64,000 nt of DNA from the human T2T-CHM13v2.0 reference genome, Homo sapiens: the NCBI RefSeq assembly GCF_009914755.1, contig NC_060942.1; one strand, 5' to 3'. Position numbers and translations under genes: made by a program. Shown here piece by piece: positions 17,095-35,361 of this stretch; the first letter of the stretch is position 1, and every line of letters starts with the position of its first letter. The notes below the pieces were generated by a model. It was not told the origin of the DNA, did no database searches, and saw nothing but the letters and a program-made list of their open reading frames with translations.

Positions 17095-17930
17095 ATGGCG
17101 GCGGCGGCGGCGGCCGCCACCACGGCCGCCTGCAGCAGCGGCAGCGCCGGCACCGACGCCGCGGGCGCCAGCGGATTGCAGCAGCCGCCGCCGCAGCCCC
17201 AGCCTCAGCCCGCGGCCGCCGCGCCGGCCCAGCCGCCGCCCGAACCCCCCCGGAAGCCGCGCATGGACCCGCGGCGCCGCCAGGCTGCCCTCTCCTTCCT
17301 CACCAACATCTCGCTGGACGGCCGGCTGCCGCCGCAGGACGCGGAGTGGGGCGGTGGCGAGGAGGGCGGCGCGGCCAAGCCGGGCGCCTGCGGCGCGAGG
17401 ACTCGGTTCAGCTTGCTCGCCGCTGCCGAGCGGGGCGGCTGCATCGCGCTCGCCGCGCCGGGCACGCCGGCTGCGGGGTTAGCCGCTGGGTCCGGCCCCT
17501 GCCTCCCACAGCCCTCGTCGCTGCCGCCCTTGATTCCTGGCGGCCATGCGACCGTGTCCGGCCCCGGGGTGGCGCGGGGGTTCGCGAGTCCCCTGGGCGC
17601 CGGCCGGGCGTCGGGGGAGCAGTGGCAGCCGCCCCGGCCGGCGCCTCTCGCCGCCTGTGCCCAACTGCAGCTGCTCGACGGGTCCGGGGCCGCCGGGCAG
17701 GAGGAGTTGGAGGAGGACGATGCCTTTATCAGCGTGCAGGTGCCGGCGGCCGCCTTTTTGGGCTCCGGGACCCCCGGGAGTGGGAGCGGCAGTCGGGGAC
17801 GCCTCAACTCGTTCACTCAGGGAATCCTGCCCATCGCCTTCTCCAGGCCGACTTCGCAGAACTACTGCTCCCTGGAGCAGCCAGGCCAGGGCGGCAGCAC
17901 CAGCGCCTTCGAGCAGCTGCAGAGGTCCCG
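17095..17930 (+). CDS. CABLES1: CABLES1 main coding exon 1 (278 codons + 2 nt, phase-2 donor)
   Basis: ATG in strong context (ACAATGG). Translates MAAAAAAATTAACSSGSAG...RRRQAALSFLTNISLDGRLPP...RGRLNSFTQGILPIAFSRP...AFEQLQRSR, recognised as the CABLES1 N-terminus including the CABLES-family RRRQAALxFLxNISLDG motif. Canonical donor CG|GTGAGT at 17931. Confidence 0.97.
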
Positions 17931-20189
17931 GTGAGTATCCGGGATGCGACGCGCACCCAACCCTGCGTCCCGCCCGGCGCTCCCAGCCTCCCCGCGGTCT
18001 CTGGGCTACGGGACACGGGTTGCTCCCATTTTCCCGCGCCCTGCCGGATCCTGTGCTCCGGGCCCGAATCCCAAACCACGAGGGCACCCAAAAGAGGGGG
18101 CGTCCCCAGGGAGTGCGGGGTTACACGTGTTTGCACGAGCCCAGCATTCGCAGAGGAGCACCGTGCTTGTGCAGTGGGTCGGGAATTGGGAGTTGCAGGA
18201 GCCCAGTAGAAAGCGGCGTCCGAGCCTCCCCACACGAGATCACAAACTTCCTGAAACCCGGTCCAGACCCGGAGGCGCACTCTTCCCCGCGTGGGGCGAG
18301 ACTCGGCCGGGCGCAGAGTGGAGCAGTGCAGGCCGGCAGCTGAGCGGCGCGTGTGAGCCTGAACTTGTAGCAGACACGCGTGACCCTCCGGAGAAGTTCT
18401 TGCCTGCGCTCCAAGTCTTCTTGCGGCCCGGGGAAACTTGGCTTTTTCCATTTGCTTTCCTGAGCAATGGAAAGTCCTTCTTACATTGCCTCCAACTAGG
18501 CCTAGGGGGGTGGGGAACAAAGAGGAAATAGGGCTTGAGGGATTTTTTTCCTATTCCAAGATGAATTTGCTTGAGTTCGTTAAACGCTTGTTTTACTTGT
18601 TTGTTAGCTGAAGTTATCTGGCGGCATTAGGCGTCTTAGCAAAAACATGAAACGCTGGACGTTTGCTTATTGTTCAGGAAATAGAGTTTGTCACCATGTA
18701 TTATTCTAAGGGGCAGTCGGAGGTTGGGACTGTGTGAACTGAAGCTTGCAAAAGAAGTAGGCGAGTAGGCGGGAACAGGTGGGGAAATGCAGATCCGTTC
18801 CTAGGGAGTGCCCTCCCTTGTTGGTTAATAAGGCCTCTTGTGAAGTTAGCAATAGCATAGACCCTACCTTGACAAAGTTGTTTTAACTTCTTGGGGCCTC
18901 AGTTATCCCTTCTGGGAAAGAATGACTTTCTCTGCTAGAATTTCTCTCTCCTATCATGCTTACCTGAAAGCTTGATCTGGCCCAAGTAAGAAGGTGCCTA
19001 TGGGAAAACTTAACTTCCTCCCGCAATGGACAAATGGGGGAAGAACAGGCCCGCCTCATCCACAAGTTTGCCCCTAGTGTACTTCTTCCGAAGTGGGTGA
19101 AATCATGAGGGTGCTAGTTATGTAGCCTCGCTGTTTGAGTGCGCATGGCCCGCAAGCCAGGGGTGTGGAACCGGGGAAGCAGCCTCATAAGTGCATGGAT
19201 GAATTAGCGACACTGGGCACAGGTGACAGCCCTACTCCAGTATTTCTTGTCAGAGCATGCATCTCCCCCGCAGCAGGTGAGGGCAGGGAGGTGGTATCCC
19301 TTGTTTCTGGGTGAGTCCTGCAAACTCAGCGTTTCTGGGCAGCTCAGTATTACCGCTTGACATCACACACTGGCTCATGGTGACTCCAGACTTGCAGCCT
19401 AAGCCCAGCAGTCAAGAGGGTTATGACAGGAATTGTAATAAACATACGTGTTATTCTAAGCCAGTGTGCAAAGCTGGCTTGTGTCTCCTGATGGACAGAT
19501 GTGTCCTCCATGCTAAAGGCAGCTGGAGATCAGATTACCTCGCACGCTTTCTCCAAGAAACTCATTTCAGGGGATATGGAAGATCTTGTGTGTTCGCATT
19601 TCTGAACCAAAGAATATCCAGAACGCCACCTCCAATCCTATAAATATGAATCTTTTAGGCGTTTTATTGATCCTTTTCACCTCGGCACACACATTAAGAT
19701 GAATTAATCACTGGAAGATGCTTCTTTACCTGACAGTCACTTTCATCCTATTTCTGAATAATCCGTATCTGGCAACCTGATAGGCTTTTATAAAATTACA
19801 GCTGTGAACAGAAACAGCTTAAATTTTGGGTACAAAGGGGAAAAATAGGTTACACTGATTTAAGAAAGGCGGAAAGGCTAGCTTAGCTGTGGAGAGGCTG
19901 CAGACTTGAAATATCCCAGGATGCTTTGTTGCCAACACCACGCCGCTTGTCTTATCACTAGAGTACTTGCACCTGCCTAGTTGAAGTGTGCTGAGAGCAC
20001 AGACTCACTTGAATAAGGCCCGAGGCCAGCTTTTCTGGTTTCCATTTGTGGAAACCTTTCCTGGTGTGCCTCCCTGCTAGCCTGTGTGTTTCCATGTACA
20101 TGTTACCTCACGGATGGTCTCCTGGGATGTTTTCATATCAAATTGTATTTTCCTTGGATTCATTTCTTGCCATTAGAGGAATTCCATAG

Positions 20190-20347
20190 CACCTTGCTGC
20201 TCCAGAATGTGGGCTTTGCACCTTCAGCTTCACTGGGAGCAGTTAGAAATGCAGATTCTTCCCTACTCCAGACTACGTGAGTCCAGATCTGCAGTTTAAC
20301 GAGATCCTCAGGTGATTTGTATACAAATTAAATTTCGACAAGTGTTG
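20190..20347. mobile_element. MER5-family (hAT-Charlie) fossil
   Basis: gttagaaatgcagattc...ctgcagtttaacgagatcctcaggtgatt motif. Confidence 0.7.
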
Positions 20348-20375
20348 CCACAGTGTATCTGAAATCTGCCCTTTA

Positions 20376-20750
<375 letters not shown>

Positions 20751-20969
20751 TTAGAATGTCTCCCAATCTGCAATCTTGAAACCCTTTCTTCTTGGTTACT
20801 TTCATTGGAACACTTGTAAAACCAATCACAAATAATTGCTTGGACTTCCAAACTTCACAACACACAGGGAGGAAAATTCTGTGCACAAGCCTTGGCACAA
20901 GGTGCACAGTAAATGCCTGTGGAGGCAATGATTACACCACCTCTGTCCACTGGACTGGATTCTTGACAT

Positions 20970-21150
20970 CTATTGTATTTAGCCCTCACAGCCACCCTGA
21001 GTATAGATTCTTTCACAGGTGAGGAGAACATAGGCTCAGAGAGGTTGAGTAATTTCTCCCAGCTACTGAGAGGCACATATGATAATCTAACTTAGTTGGG
21101 CCAGGATAGGAACCTGGATCATTGATGTCCAAGCTCTGCCACTCTACCAT
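20970..21150 (+). mobile_element. MIR
   Basis: Core tttcacaggtgaggagaacataggctcagagaggttgagtaatttctccc. Confidence 0.7.
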
Positions 21151-21729
21151 GTCACTATGCCTTGCACACAATAGGCCCATAGATAATTTTTGAGCTGTTG
21201 GCTGTAAATGTTTGTGTATTATACAACTGTCCCGTCGTACTGGTATAATTCAACACCCCATTTGTTATCCTCCCAAATTTAGCCTCTTCGTTTGCATCCC
21301 CTAGCTTTGCTATTTCACCATCTCTATTCTGTTGGGGTGTCCAGGGAACCCAGGATGGTGGGCCTGGGTTCCTCCCCGCCTCACAGACGGGACTCCAGCA
21401 CTGGGAAGCCAACAGGCTGGGTTTGCTGTCAGGTGCAGTGTCAGAGGTGGGAAACCAAGAAGATGCCTCTTAGCTTCATGCCTATCGTGTTTCTCTGCTC
21501 TGGCGGTGAATGGTGCATCTGGAAGGTGTTAATAGGTGAAAGGGAGTGTGAATTTATAAGGCCTACATTAAGGCTTCCATTCACTTCAAAAACTTCCTTG
21601 CAACCAGCAGTTGGCCCCAGCCCTGTGTTACTCTACTTCCCGGAGATTCTGGCTAGCGGACAGCTCCCCAGGAGGACATGAAGTTGAGCCCAGGTGAACC
21701 ACTGTGCTGATGGGAGGGGTGCATGGTGA

Positions 21730-22043
<314 letters not shown>

Positions 22044-24849
22044 TGAGCCACCGCGCCCCACCCAGGGTACTATTAAAAAATAGCATGAGGGTTTTGCCTC
22101 TGAGAACACTTGGGTTAGCATCATGCCTTGTGGGTTTGTGGTACGGAAGAGCCTTAAGTCCTGTGTTCAGATGCTGGTGCCACTGTGACAGCCGTTTGAC
22201 CCCGGTGGGTTAATCAGCCTTCTGGGTCTGTTTCCTCCTGAGAACCTTGGCTTGTGTCTCAGGCCCTTTCTAGTGTAAAATGCACTTACATTTATAATCG
22301 AGGTCTGAATGTGGGCTTGTGCTAAATGCTTCAGATTTGGGCTTCTCAAATGTAAATGCATTTAGAGTCACTTAATCTCTTAAAAGCAGATTCTGTATTT
22401 CTAACCAGTTCCCTGGAATGCAGAGTGGCCACCCTTTGAGGAGGGAGGCTTTACCCACTATGATGATTTGTTCCTGTTGTCAGGCCAAGGAACCCAGGGC
22501 TCAGGAGATGTTAAGTGGCCTGCCCAAGGCCAGTTGGCAATTAATAGCAGAGCTCAGGCTCACTATTGCTCAGCTGACTTAGAGCTTCTGCCTGCCCCTC
22601 CCGCTGCATTGCCCCTCTTTGGAGGAAATCCAGGCTTGTGCTGTAATTGTAATCTATGTCTTGACTGAAAAGAAAAATGTGAGCCCACCACAGATCAAGA
22701 ATCAGGGTAAGAAAGGGGAGATGGATGCTGTTTCCTAGCTTTTTCACCACCCGCTTTGTGACATCAGGCAAGTCGCCAGTCTGTGTGTGTGTGCCCCAGC
22801 TGTGAGCCACCTGACCCCTCAGGATTTCAGAAGTCTGTAAAGAACTTTGATCTCAGCAGTAAGCAAACACAAGTTATTGCTGAGCCATTTTTCCAGCAAC
22901 CATGGGTTTTGGAGGTCGGAGTTGTAGCCCCAGGCCAGGCGGGGGCCTGTGGATGGTGGGCGCAGTCTGAGGCTTCCCTGCTGCCCTTGTTGCAGTCACA
23001 AAGCCTGCAATGTGGGCGAGCTCAGGAGAAATACATAGGAAGCCTGCTCACTGCTGGCAAGTGCCTGGGGAGGCCAGTGAGCTCAAGGGTGAGCTTTTGC
23101 TCTCTGAATGGGTGGGGAAGCCATCACATGGCTCTGCGCCACGTGCTCAGTAGCTTTCCCAGGAAGCGCCGATGCCTGGACTTTTTTTCTCTCTTCAGAA
23201 AGATAGCGGTGAGGTGGCAGAGAGCCAAGGGCAGGTTTTCTGGAGGGTAGAATAGGAGGCAGTGCAGTTGAGCCTGTGCTGTGACCTGATGTGGCATAAG
23301 AGAGGTCAAAGCAGGACTTTGAGACTCCTGGGTTCTGGGTCTTAGTTTCCTTATGGAACTCAGCGGTTGGGACAGATGAGCCTGCCACCCCTTCTGGGTC
23401 CACCATTCCACGTGTCTCGGTCCTGTGGCCTGCTGCAGGGTCTGGGGGCATGTTTAGCCTGGGGACGTGTGGATAATCCAACCTCAGAATCAGGTACAAA
23501 GTAGCATTAAGTTTGTTCCATGTGGCTCTGATGGGCAGAACATGTAACTAATGAAGGAATAAATGGATGAATGAATAGGGCTGCCCCAGAGTAAGGGAGA
23601 ACTTTAAAAACTACCTTCAGCTGTGTTCCTTCAGGCACGGGCAATATCGCAGCTGGACTGACAATGTTAGGAGGCCATCCAAGCAGGAAGCCACTGCCTG
23701 GGGAGGCAGTCAGTCCCCCAGATGAAACTACCCTCACACCAAGGACATGATCTGTAGTAACCTCTATTGCTAAAGGGCCTTCAGGTTTACAAAGTACTGT
23801 TGTACATGTTGATATCAGACCCCAGACACCACAGAGGGGCAGGAGTCCAAGGTCACAGAGTGACCAGGGGGTGACTTAGGTTGCAGTGTTATCTGTCAGT
23901 TATGTAGAAAAGGAAATCTTGGTATTGAGACTTAATGCCTTGTATCACTTATTCATTCAACAAACATTGAACACAATGAGTATCAATCATGAGTCACCGC
24001 TGTCCTACTCATGGGAGATGGAGGCATAAAACATGGTCCCTGTCTGTGCTGGGTGACATAAGTAAACGGGCAAGTTGGTAGAGTGGTGAGTGAGTGGTTA
24101 GAGGTGAGCTTGTTGTTTGAACTCCCCCCACCTGGGGAGGGGTGCAGGGACGTTTCACACCCTTCCCTGTGGCAGCTGGCACAGGGCCTTGGACACGGTA
24201 TTTTTATTTAACAAATATGTGGCAGGCATTATTCTAAGCACTTTGATGGGACTGAGTTCATACCTAGAAACACCCTGAGACAGTACTACCTTCACCTCCA
24301 TTTGGAAGCACAGAGAAGTTAAGTAACTTGTCTGGGGTCCTGTGCTCTGACCCACCTCCCTCTGCTGTGCTACAATTTACAGGTCAGGCTCATGCATGCT
24401 TGTTAAATAGGCTTCAGCTGAACTGAGCAGAAGTTGACCTAAATGGCCTCAAGGGTTCCCGATCACTTGTGATTTCCTTGTTTCAGTTTCCACTTTTCTG
24501 TCATCTAGGGAAGACCTCTGTGCATTTGGGCCCAGAGGACAGGCCAGGTTTTAAATAGGGATTCCTGTGACTCTGGCAATTAACTCCCGCCCTCTGCCTG
24601 CCTGTGCTTCCTCTCTTCTTGGCCACAGCTGAATCCCTGACACCTTTATTGCCTCTCTGACTCACCTGGTACATTACACATCTTGTGTTATATAGAGCAT
24701 GGTACAATTAGCAACAGGAACCTGGCCTCCTAAAGTTTAAAGCTCTGCTGGGTCCTCGTCTGTGAAATGGGAATGATACTACCACCTCCGCCCTGGGCGG
24801 GTTTCCCGCTGTATCTTCTCAGCATCACCCTTTCCCCAACTGCCCCTCT

Positions 24850-24970
24850 GGCTGTTTATAAATAATACTTTCTTGGAAAAACCACACCCACTCGTGCAAG
24901 TCTTGCCTTTGGCTGCCTTTGTGCTACAAGGACAGAATCGAGTAGTTGCGACAGAGACCACATGGCCTAT
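24850..24970. mobile_element. MER58-like fragment
   Basis: tggctgcctttgtgctacaaggacagaatcgagtagttgcgacagagaccacatggcc motif. Confidence 0.65.
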
Positions 24971-26173
24971 TCCCTGGCTTGTCACAGAGTGGTTGTGCTT
25001 CCCCCACCCTAGCCCAGTGCTCTGTGCCCAGGAAGTGTGCAGGTCCCCTTGGCCCCTTCCTGCCTGCCTGCACCCTCCTTGCCTTGTTTCACAGCCTGGA
25101 TAATGTGGTGGCCCGAGGGGCTCCTGGCTTCTGTTTGGACCCCTGTCAATCCCTCCCCCCTGGGCTGTCAGAGGGACCCTTCTGAAACCCACATCTGATC
25201 CTGCCAGTCTTAAATTCCTGGTATTTCAGGCGAGGCAGCTGTTGGCTTGGGTCCTGGTTGCCACTGCAACCTCCCCCGCTCCCACACACCCTCTGAGGCC
25301 TGTTGCTGCCATACTGTGTTGTCTTTACAGAGGGCACCCACGCTGCTCCGTGCCCCAGGCTCTGGCACTCTCAGGCTTCTCCTGGGGCAAGGCCTCCCAC
25401 AAGAGGCCCCTTCCTTCCAGCTCCGTCAGCCACAGAGCCAGCCGCTGCTCTCCCCATGCTCGTACACGCTCCTGGCTGGGCCTCTTCCTTCCCTGTGGAT
25501 CTGTGCTTCAGCCCTGGTCTGACTGGAGGGCCCCTCCTCCGTGGTCTGGTCAGAGCTTGATGGATTGCCCTGGGGCCAGCTTTTGGTGGAACAGACCACA
25601 TCTCTCCTCCATAGGGAACACAAATGAAACTCCAATTCCCTAACAGTAAGAGGAGGAAAATTTGATTCTGTTCCCCCACCCCACAACATTCTAGGTCTTT
25701 GTTTTCATCCAGCAGTTGCTCCTGACTCTTAATTTGCTAAAACAATCTGTCATGGGGCTAAGGTGAGACAGATTGTGGAGGCTGCACCACCCAGCCCACC
25801 CTACCTGAGCCTGTCTCTCCCACCCTCAGGAGGGAGGTGACTTGTATGGAGTTCTGAGTACCTCTTGTGTGCCACATCCTTCACGTATGTTGTTTTATTT
25901 GCGTGGCAGTCTGTGAAACAGGTTGCCTACTTTAGAGCTGAGAAGACTGAGGCTGGATGGTTAAGGAAATTTGTCTAAGGCCACATAGCTGGAATCTAGA
26001 GCTAGAATTGAACTTTAGTTTTCCTGGCTTCTAAGCTGGGTTTCTTGCAGACCCTGTAGTGTCTTGGAGCTGACTCCTACCCACTTATTGGAGACGACTG
26101 AGGAATCTGAGGTGGTTGCTGAAATCGGTTGTGGTGGGAATATTTACACCACAGGAATCGGCCAATGCTATAA

Positions 26174-26716
<543 letters not shown>

Positions 26717-27619
26717 CACACATCCTTTTTGTCCTGTTCTCCTCTTTGGGGGCTGTGCAAAATGTCGCTATCAAAGGAAGCATGTTGAAAACCAGAAGTT
26801 TTTATAAGAATCTGCTGCTTAACATAATGATGTAAATTTTCCCCAGGGTCACCATTATCCATTTTTTCCACTTTAGAAAAATATCTGTCCCCCTCAAGTT
26901 TCAGCCTGTGTACCATTTAAACACCAAACTTTTCACAGATTCTGGGGCTCAGACCACTTAGTATTACATACGGGAATCATGAAATCATTAGCTATTACCC
27001 TGTTTTACCAACTGTGTAATGTTGTATTTTTATGTTTGTTTGATTTTGAAAAGCCTCTAAGAACGTATAATTAATTGGAGTTTGCTAGTTTGTCTTTTCC
27101 TCTTTGTTTTAGTAGTTTGGATGGCTACGCACTAGATCATATTTAATGAGGTTATCATTCATTGTGGTTTGGGGCTTATTACTGCACATTTGGTCACAGA
27201 CAAGAGCTTGTAAAGCAGAACGTGCAAATACCAGGGGCTTATGACTTTAGAATATTGTAATGATATGTGTGTGCAAGAGGGACCCAATCTTGTCCCTGGT
27301 TTAAAGCACAGGGTATATGTAAATCTAAGTTAGGTTTTACGATAAACAGAAGAAAAACCATTCAACCAGATACTAGTAAAATATTCAAAAATGCCAAAAA
27401 TGTTTATGTGCCTAGCACGTTGATTTTTATTTTAAAGCACTTTACTCATTGACCAAATTATTTATAAAGCAAAATGTCTACTTCGATAGTTTTAAGAAGG
27501 GCTGGGTGGCGGGGTAGAGGAACAAATGTAAGGAGCTGGAAGATATTCAAAGTCTAAAGTTTTTTGCTTAAGGACAAAAACTGGCATGTTAGGGGGACAA
27601 ACGGTTGATGTGATGTTGA

Positions 27620-27829
<210 letters not shown>

Positions 27830-29228
27830 TGAATGGTAGTTCTTGATGAATTATTTTATTTATTGAGTTGAATAAAGTTTGTTTTTGGAGGGTGAGTAGT
27901 GAAGAAGGAAGATGAGATTACAAATGTCTCAATTGTAGGATTCCATTTATCCATCACAAAACGATTGATAGTATTATAAGTTCTGTTTATTTGTTTGATG
28001 CTTAACAGCTTAAGAAGTACTTTTTTAAAAATCAAGTAATTTCAGAAAGGCAATGTGGTAGCTGTTTTATGGATTTGAAAGTCACTGTATGTAGTAGAGC
28101 TAGAGTTTTAACATTTACATTTTCTAAGTTGAGAGTTTTCAAAACAAAAACTCTATCGTAGCTGTACCATTTTAAGAAAAACGTAAGAAAGAATCAACTA
28201 AGTACTGTAGAATTTTATTCTCCTTCCAGTCTCAAATCTTCTACTTGTGAGTTCGTTAACCAAAATGCTAGGGCCTCATCTGTTTAAGACCTATGGGCTG
28301 GAGTCAGTCAAGGTCAGTATGTTAAAGTACAAAGAAATATTGTGCTATAGTTTTGGCAAGCCAGCGCCTTCTCATCAAGCGAGCATGCTGATTTTCACGT
28401 GATAACCTCGGGCAGGCCAATAGAACCCTGATTTGGGTCCAGAGTCATGGAAAATTTTCCCAATAACAACAGCTCTCTCCAGATAATATTAATAGCTTGG
28501 TATCAGTTCCTCCCGCAGGGAGTAAGCTCCTTCTTCTTCCTGCACCCCTGCCGCTAGGCCTCTGTCTCAGCAAAATGGGTGAGCAGAAGAGTGGAAAGAC
28601 CAGCTTTGGAGCTCCATAGCTCTGCCGCTTAACGGCACCTTTTGGACAACACGCTTAACCACTCTGAACCTCACGTTCTCACCTGTAGTATGGGGATAAG
28701 GACTCCAGTACTTTTGGGGTGTTGCAAATATTAAAATAAGAATGCAGAATGCAACACTAAACACCTAGCAAAGGTTTGGCCCTTAGTGATTGAGCAGGAA
28801 AATTGTAGCTGTTATTTCCATTCACAATTGCACTGCACCTTACACTGTCCAAGAAGCCGTTGAGAAATTTGACAAGGTCTGCTCTGATCGTGAGGAGCTG
28901 ATCCTGAACAGCTACCTTGCTGCATTGTTTTAGTTTCATCAGTAGTAGTGAAATCAGAGCAGCAGAGAGAAATAGTACCCCTCTGTTTGGTGCTGCATTT
29001 TGCCCCTGCTTACGCTGGAATCGTGACAATTTCTATTGCCAAAATAAAGCAAGGTAGGGGGAATTCACATGTTCATCCTTGTACCTTTAGAGCAATGAGG
29101 CTGTGAGGTGAAGAGCAACAACCGGTTTTGCCCACACCCAGGCCCAGGAAGACGCTGCCCTACTTGGAGGGTCCCGCAGCCCACGTGGGGCACATGCTGG
29201 GGGAGGGCTACCTCCAGAGACAATTTGA

Positions 29229-29611
<383 letters not shown>

Positions 29612-30194
29612 CGCTTGGCCCCCATTTCTAAGCAGGATACCCTCTCCCGTGTGAGGGCTCCTCAGGGTCTGTGTGGCCATGATGTGGAGTTGAGTTGGGT
29701 GCTACGTGGGTGCCTTGGCCTCACCTTTCAGCCCCGTTTCCCCTCTGCACATGGCTTCTACCTCCTCTCCTTGACCCCATGGTTAAACAGAGTTGGGTCT
29801 TTGTCCAGGGATCCCATTTGGCATTGGGTCAGCAGGGACTTCTATGTCGATTCTGCACACACATCTGCATGCCAGGCAAGTGTGGCCTTGTTCAGAGATA
29901 AATGGGGCCCAGTGCCCATTCCAGAAGAGGACAGCCCAGCACAAGGCAGCTGGACTCTGGGGCAGCCGGACAGGTTAGGGGCCACCATTCCTGCAGTAGG
30001 AGCAGTGATTGTCCTGGAGATGCCCTTGAAACTGGGCCTTCAGGTCAGCTGTGACCTCACGGTGGGTGCACTGTGGCAAAGCACATTGGATGCTTGGTTT
30101 AAGACGGTGAGTTTAATCCAGAGGAAAACGGGAAGACTTTGAATAGGCACAGGTGTGAGCAGAGCTGGATTTTTCAAAAGTGGTGACAGGTTGA

Positions 30195-30904
<710 letters not shown>

Positions 30905-30979
30905 ATGGAATTTTTGGAAAAAAAAGCTAAACTCTATCCTGGATACGTCTGTTTTTGTTTGATTCTTTGGCGTGTTAGC

Positions 30980-31160
30980 CCAGTAGTTTTCAGAATGTGC
31001 TCTCTGGACCAGCGGCGGCCAGGAACTTGTTAGAAACACGATCCCCAGGCCCAGCCTCAGACCCACTGGGTCCGAAGCTCTGGGGCGGGGCCCAGCAATC
31101 TATTTCAACAAGGCCCCAACTTGCGCCTGTCGCCCGTTCAGGCTTGGGAGCAGCCACTGT
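30980..31160. mobile_element. MER5A-like
   Basis: cagtagttttcagaatgtgctc...ttgttagaaacacgatccccaggccc...ggggcggggcccagcaatc. Confidence 0.65.
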
Positions 31161-31414
31161 GGACAAAGCCTTGTGTACCTCCAGCTTTACTGGACCTTCT
31201 GGAAGATGTGAACAGTGTCTAGTGCTCCAGAAAAGATTTTATTTATTCTAGCACAAATGGACAGAAGTTATCGCTGATGTGGGGGCTCTGCTATCCAGGT
31301 AATGCAGGGTTGAGGTTGAGGCTTGGCATCACCACCGTTAGGCTCGCCACTCCTTTTCTGTCCCGACACGGCCATGCTCTGTCTCTGGTGAACTTCTAGG
31401 CTTGGCTCTGATGA

Positions 31415-31840
<426 letters not shown>

Positions 31841-32307
31841 AGGTCGTAGTAGTTTTTCAAGTATCCAAGCAGATTTGTGGACAGCCTCTGCCCTGTGCCA
31901 AGCACTGGAATATGGGGGAGCCCCGGAGGGGTGGGACCCCTGCCACCACAGACCTTAGTGGCTCGTGCTGGCAATGGGGAAAAGAGGCAACCAAACCAAC
32001 TATAAGTAGACTAAACTCTGGAGGGTTCGGTGAAGGGTCGTGGGAGTCTGTGAACTTCTATTAGGTGTTGTGGCTGGGAAAGGCTTTCTCGGGAAGATGA
32101 GAAAGCAGTTCACCACCGAGAGATGGGACGCAGGTTTCAGGCATGGGGAGCCGTGTGTTCTAGGGTCCTGAGATGCCGATGCACTTGATCTGTTGCAGGA
32201 AGAAGGCCAGGGTGGTTGGAGCATAGTGAACTCGGGGAGCCAAGGGGGCTGACCTGAGAATCGGGCGGATGCCTCATAACGCTAAGAGCTCTCATTGTCT
32301 TTATTAG

Positions 32308-32642
<335 letters not shown>

Positions 32643-33797
32643 CCCTGGCCTACGTTTTAAGGTCCCGCTAACTGCCATGGATTGAAGGAGGACAGACATG
32701 GATGTGAGACCTCTGGCAGCCTCTTGCCTTTAGGCGAGAGCTTCCTGCTGAGACACACAGTAGCCTGGACAGAGGTAGAGATGGTGAAGGGTGGGTGGAT
32801 GGCAGGTGCGTCTTGGAGGTAGAGCTGATAGAACTTGTAGGGAACTTGAATGTTCCCTGCCATTGGTGGAGCTTTTGTCTAATTGGAGAGAAGCTCTTGA
32901 GTAATCCACCGACAGATGGAAGACTGCAGGCCTGGGGTGAGTCACAGAGCGGGGACAGCCTTGATCCTGTTGGCCTGTGATAAGTGATGGTGGATTGGAC
33001 TGCACTGTGGCAGGTTGAGGAAGGCTTGCTTCGGGAGGTGACTGCTGAACTAAGGTCTAAGAGTGGACAGGTATCAAGGACTTGACAAGGGCTAGAAGGA
33101 TTGGGGCAGACAGGAAGAGCAGCTGGTGCAGACCAGGGCCAGAAGGGCTCATGCAGGCAGGAGGAGCAGCGGGTTTGAAGAAACGAGAGTGCTGATGCTG
33201 TGGGCCAGGCAGGACATGGGGGCCACTTGCACCACAGTGGTAGCGAAGCGGGTGGAGAGAAGTGAACGGACTCAACAGAGATGAAAGGCGCAATGGAGAT
33301 GGATTAGATACGGAGCAGGGGGAGTGGAAGGCATTGAGGAGACTCCGGGGTTTCAGGCCTATGGACTGATTGGGTAGCAGTGCCATCTCTGAGACAGGAG
33401 TATTAGCTTGATCCAGTGTTATGAGTTTAAAAATGCTACCAAGCTAGGCATGGTGGCCTGTGTCTATAATCTTAGCTATCTGGAGGCTGAGGTGGGAGAA
33501 TTGCCTGAGCCCAGGAGTCCAGCCTGGGCAACATAGTGAAACCCTGTCTTTAAAAAAAATTAATGAATGAGCTAAAATGCTACCTGGCAGAAAAATTGTG
33601 TAACTAAAGATGACCCTATTTCTTCTCATTGCCTATTTCTCCCCCTAATCCTTGCCGTTACTGTCCTAATGGCTTGAGGTAATATATCTGTAGGGTCTTA
33701 AGTAACTTGTTGATTGAATATTTACGTATGGAGATTTTCCTTTTTCTCCCAAGGTGGAGAATGATATTTATGGTTAGATACCATCTCAAGTTTATAA

Positions 33798-35361
<1,564 letters not shown>

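Larger units (their letters stand above)
16350..18450. promoter_or_regulatory. CpG island spanning the CABLES1 promoter, exon 1 and start of intron 1
   Basis: Very high GC and dense unmutated CpGs compared with CpG-depleted flanks; boundaries estimated by eye. Confidence 0.92.

Noticed and set aside
16312-18531. Long overlapping and antisense ORFs across exon 1
   Set aside because: Expected from stop-codon scarcity in very GC-rich DNA; low-complexity peptides with no recognisable domain.
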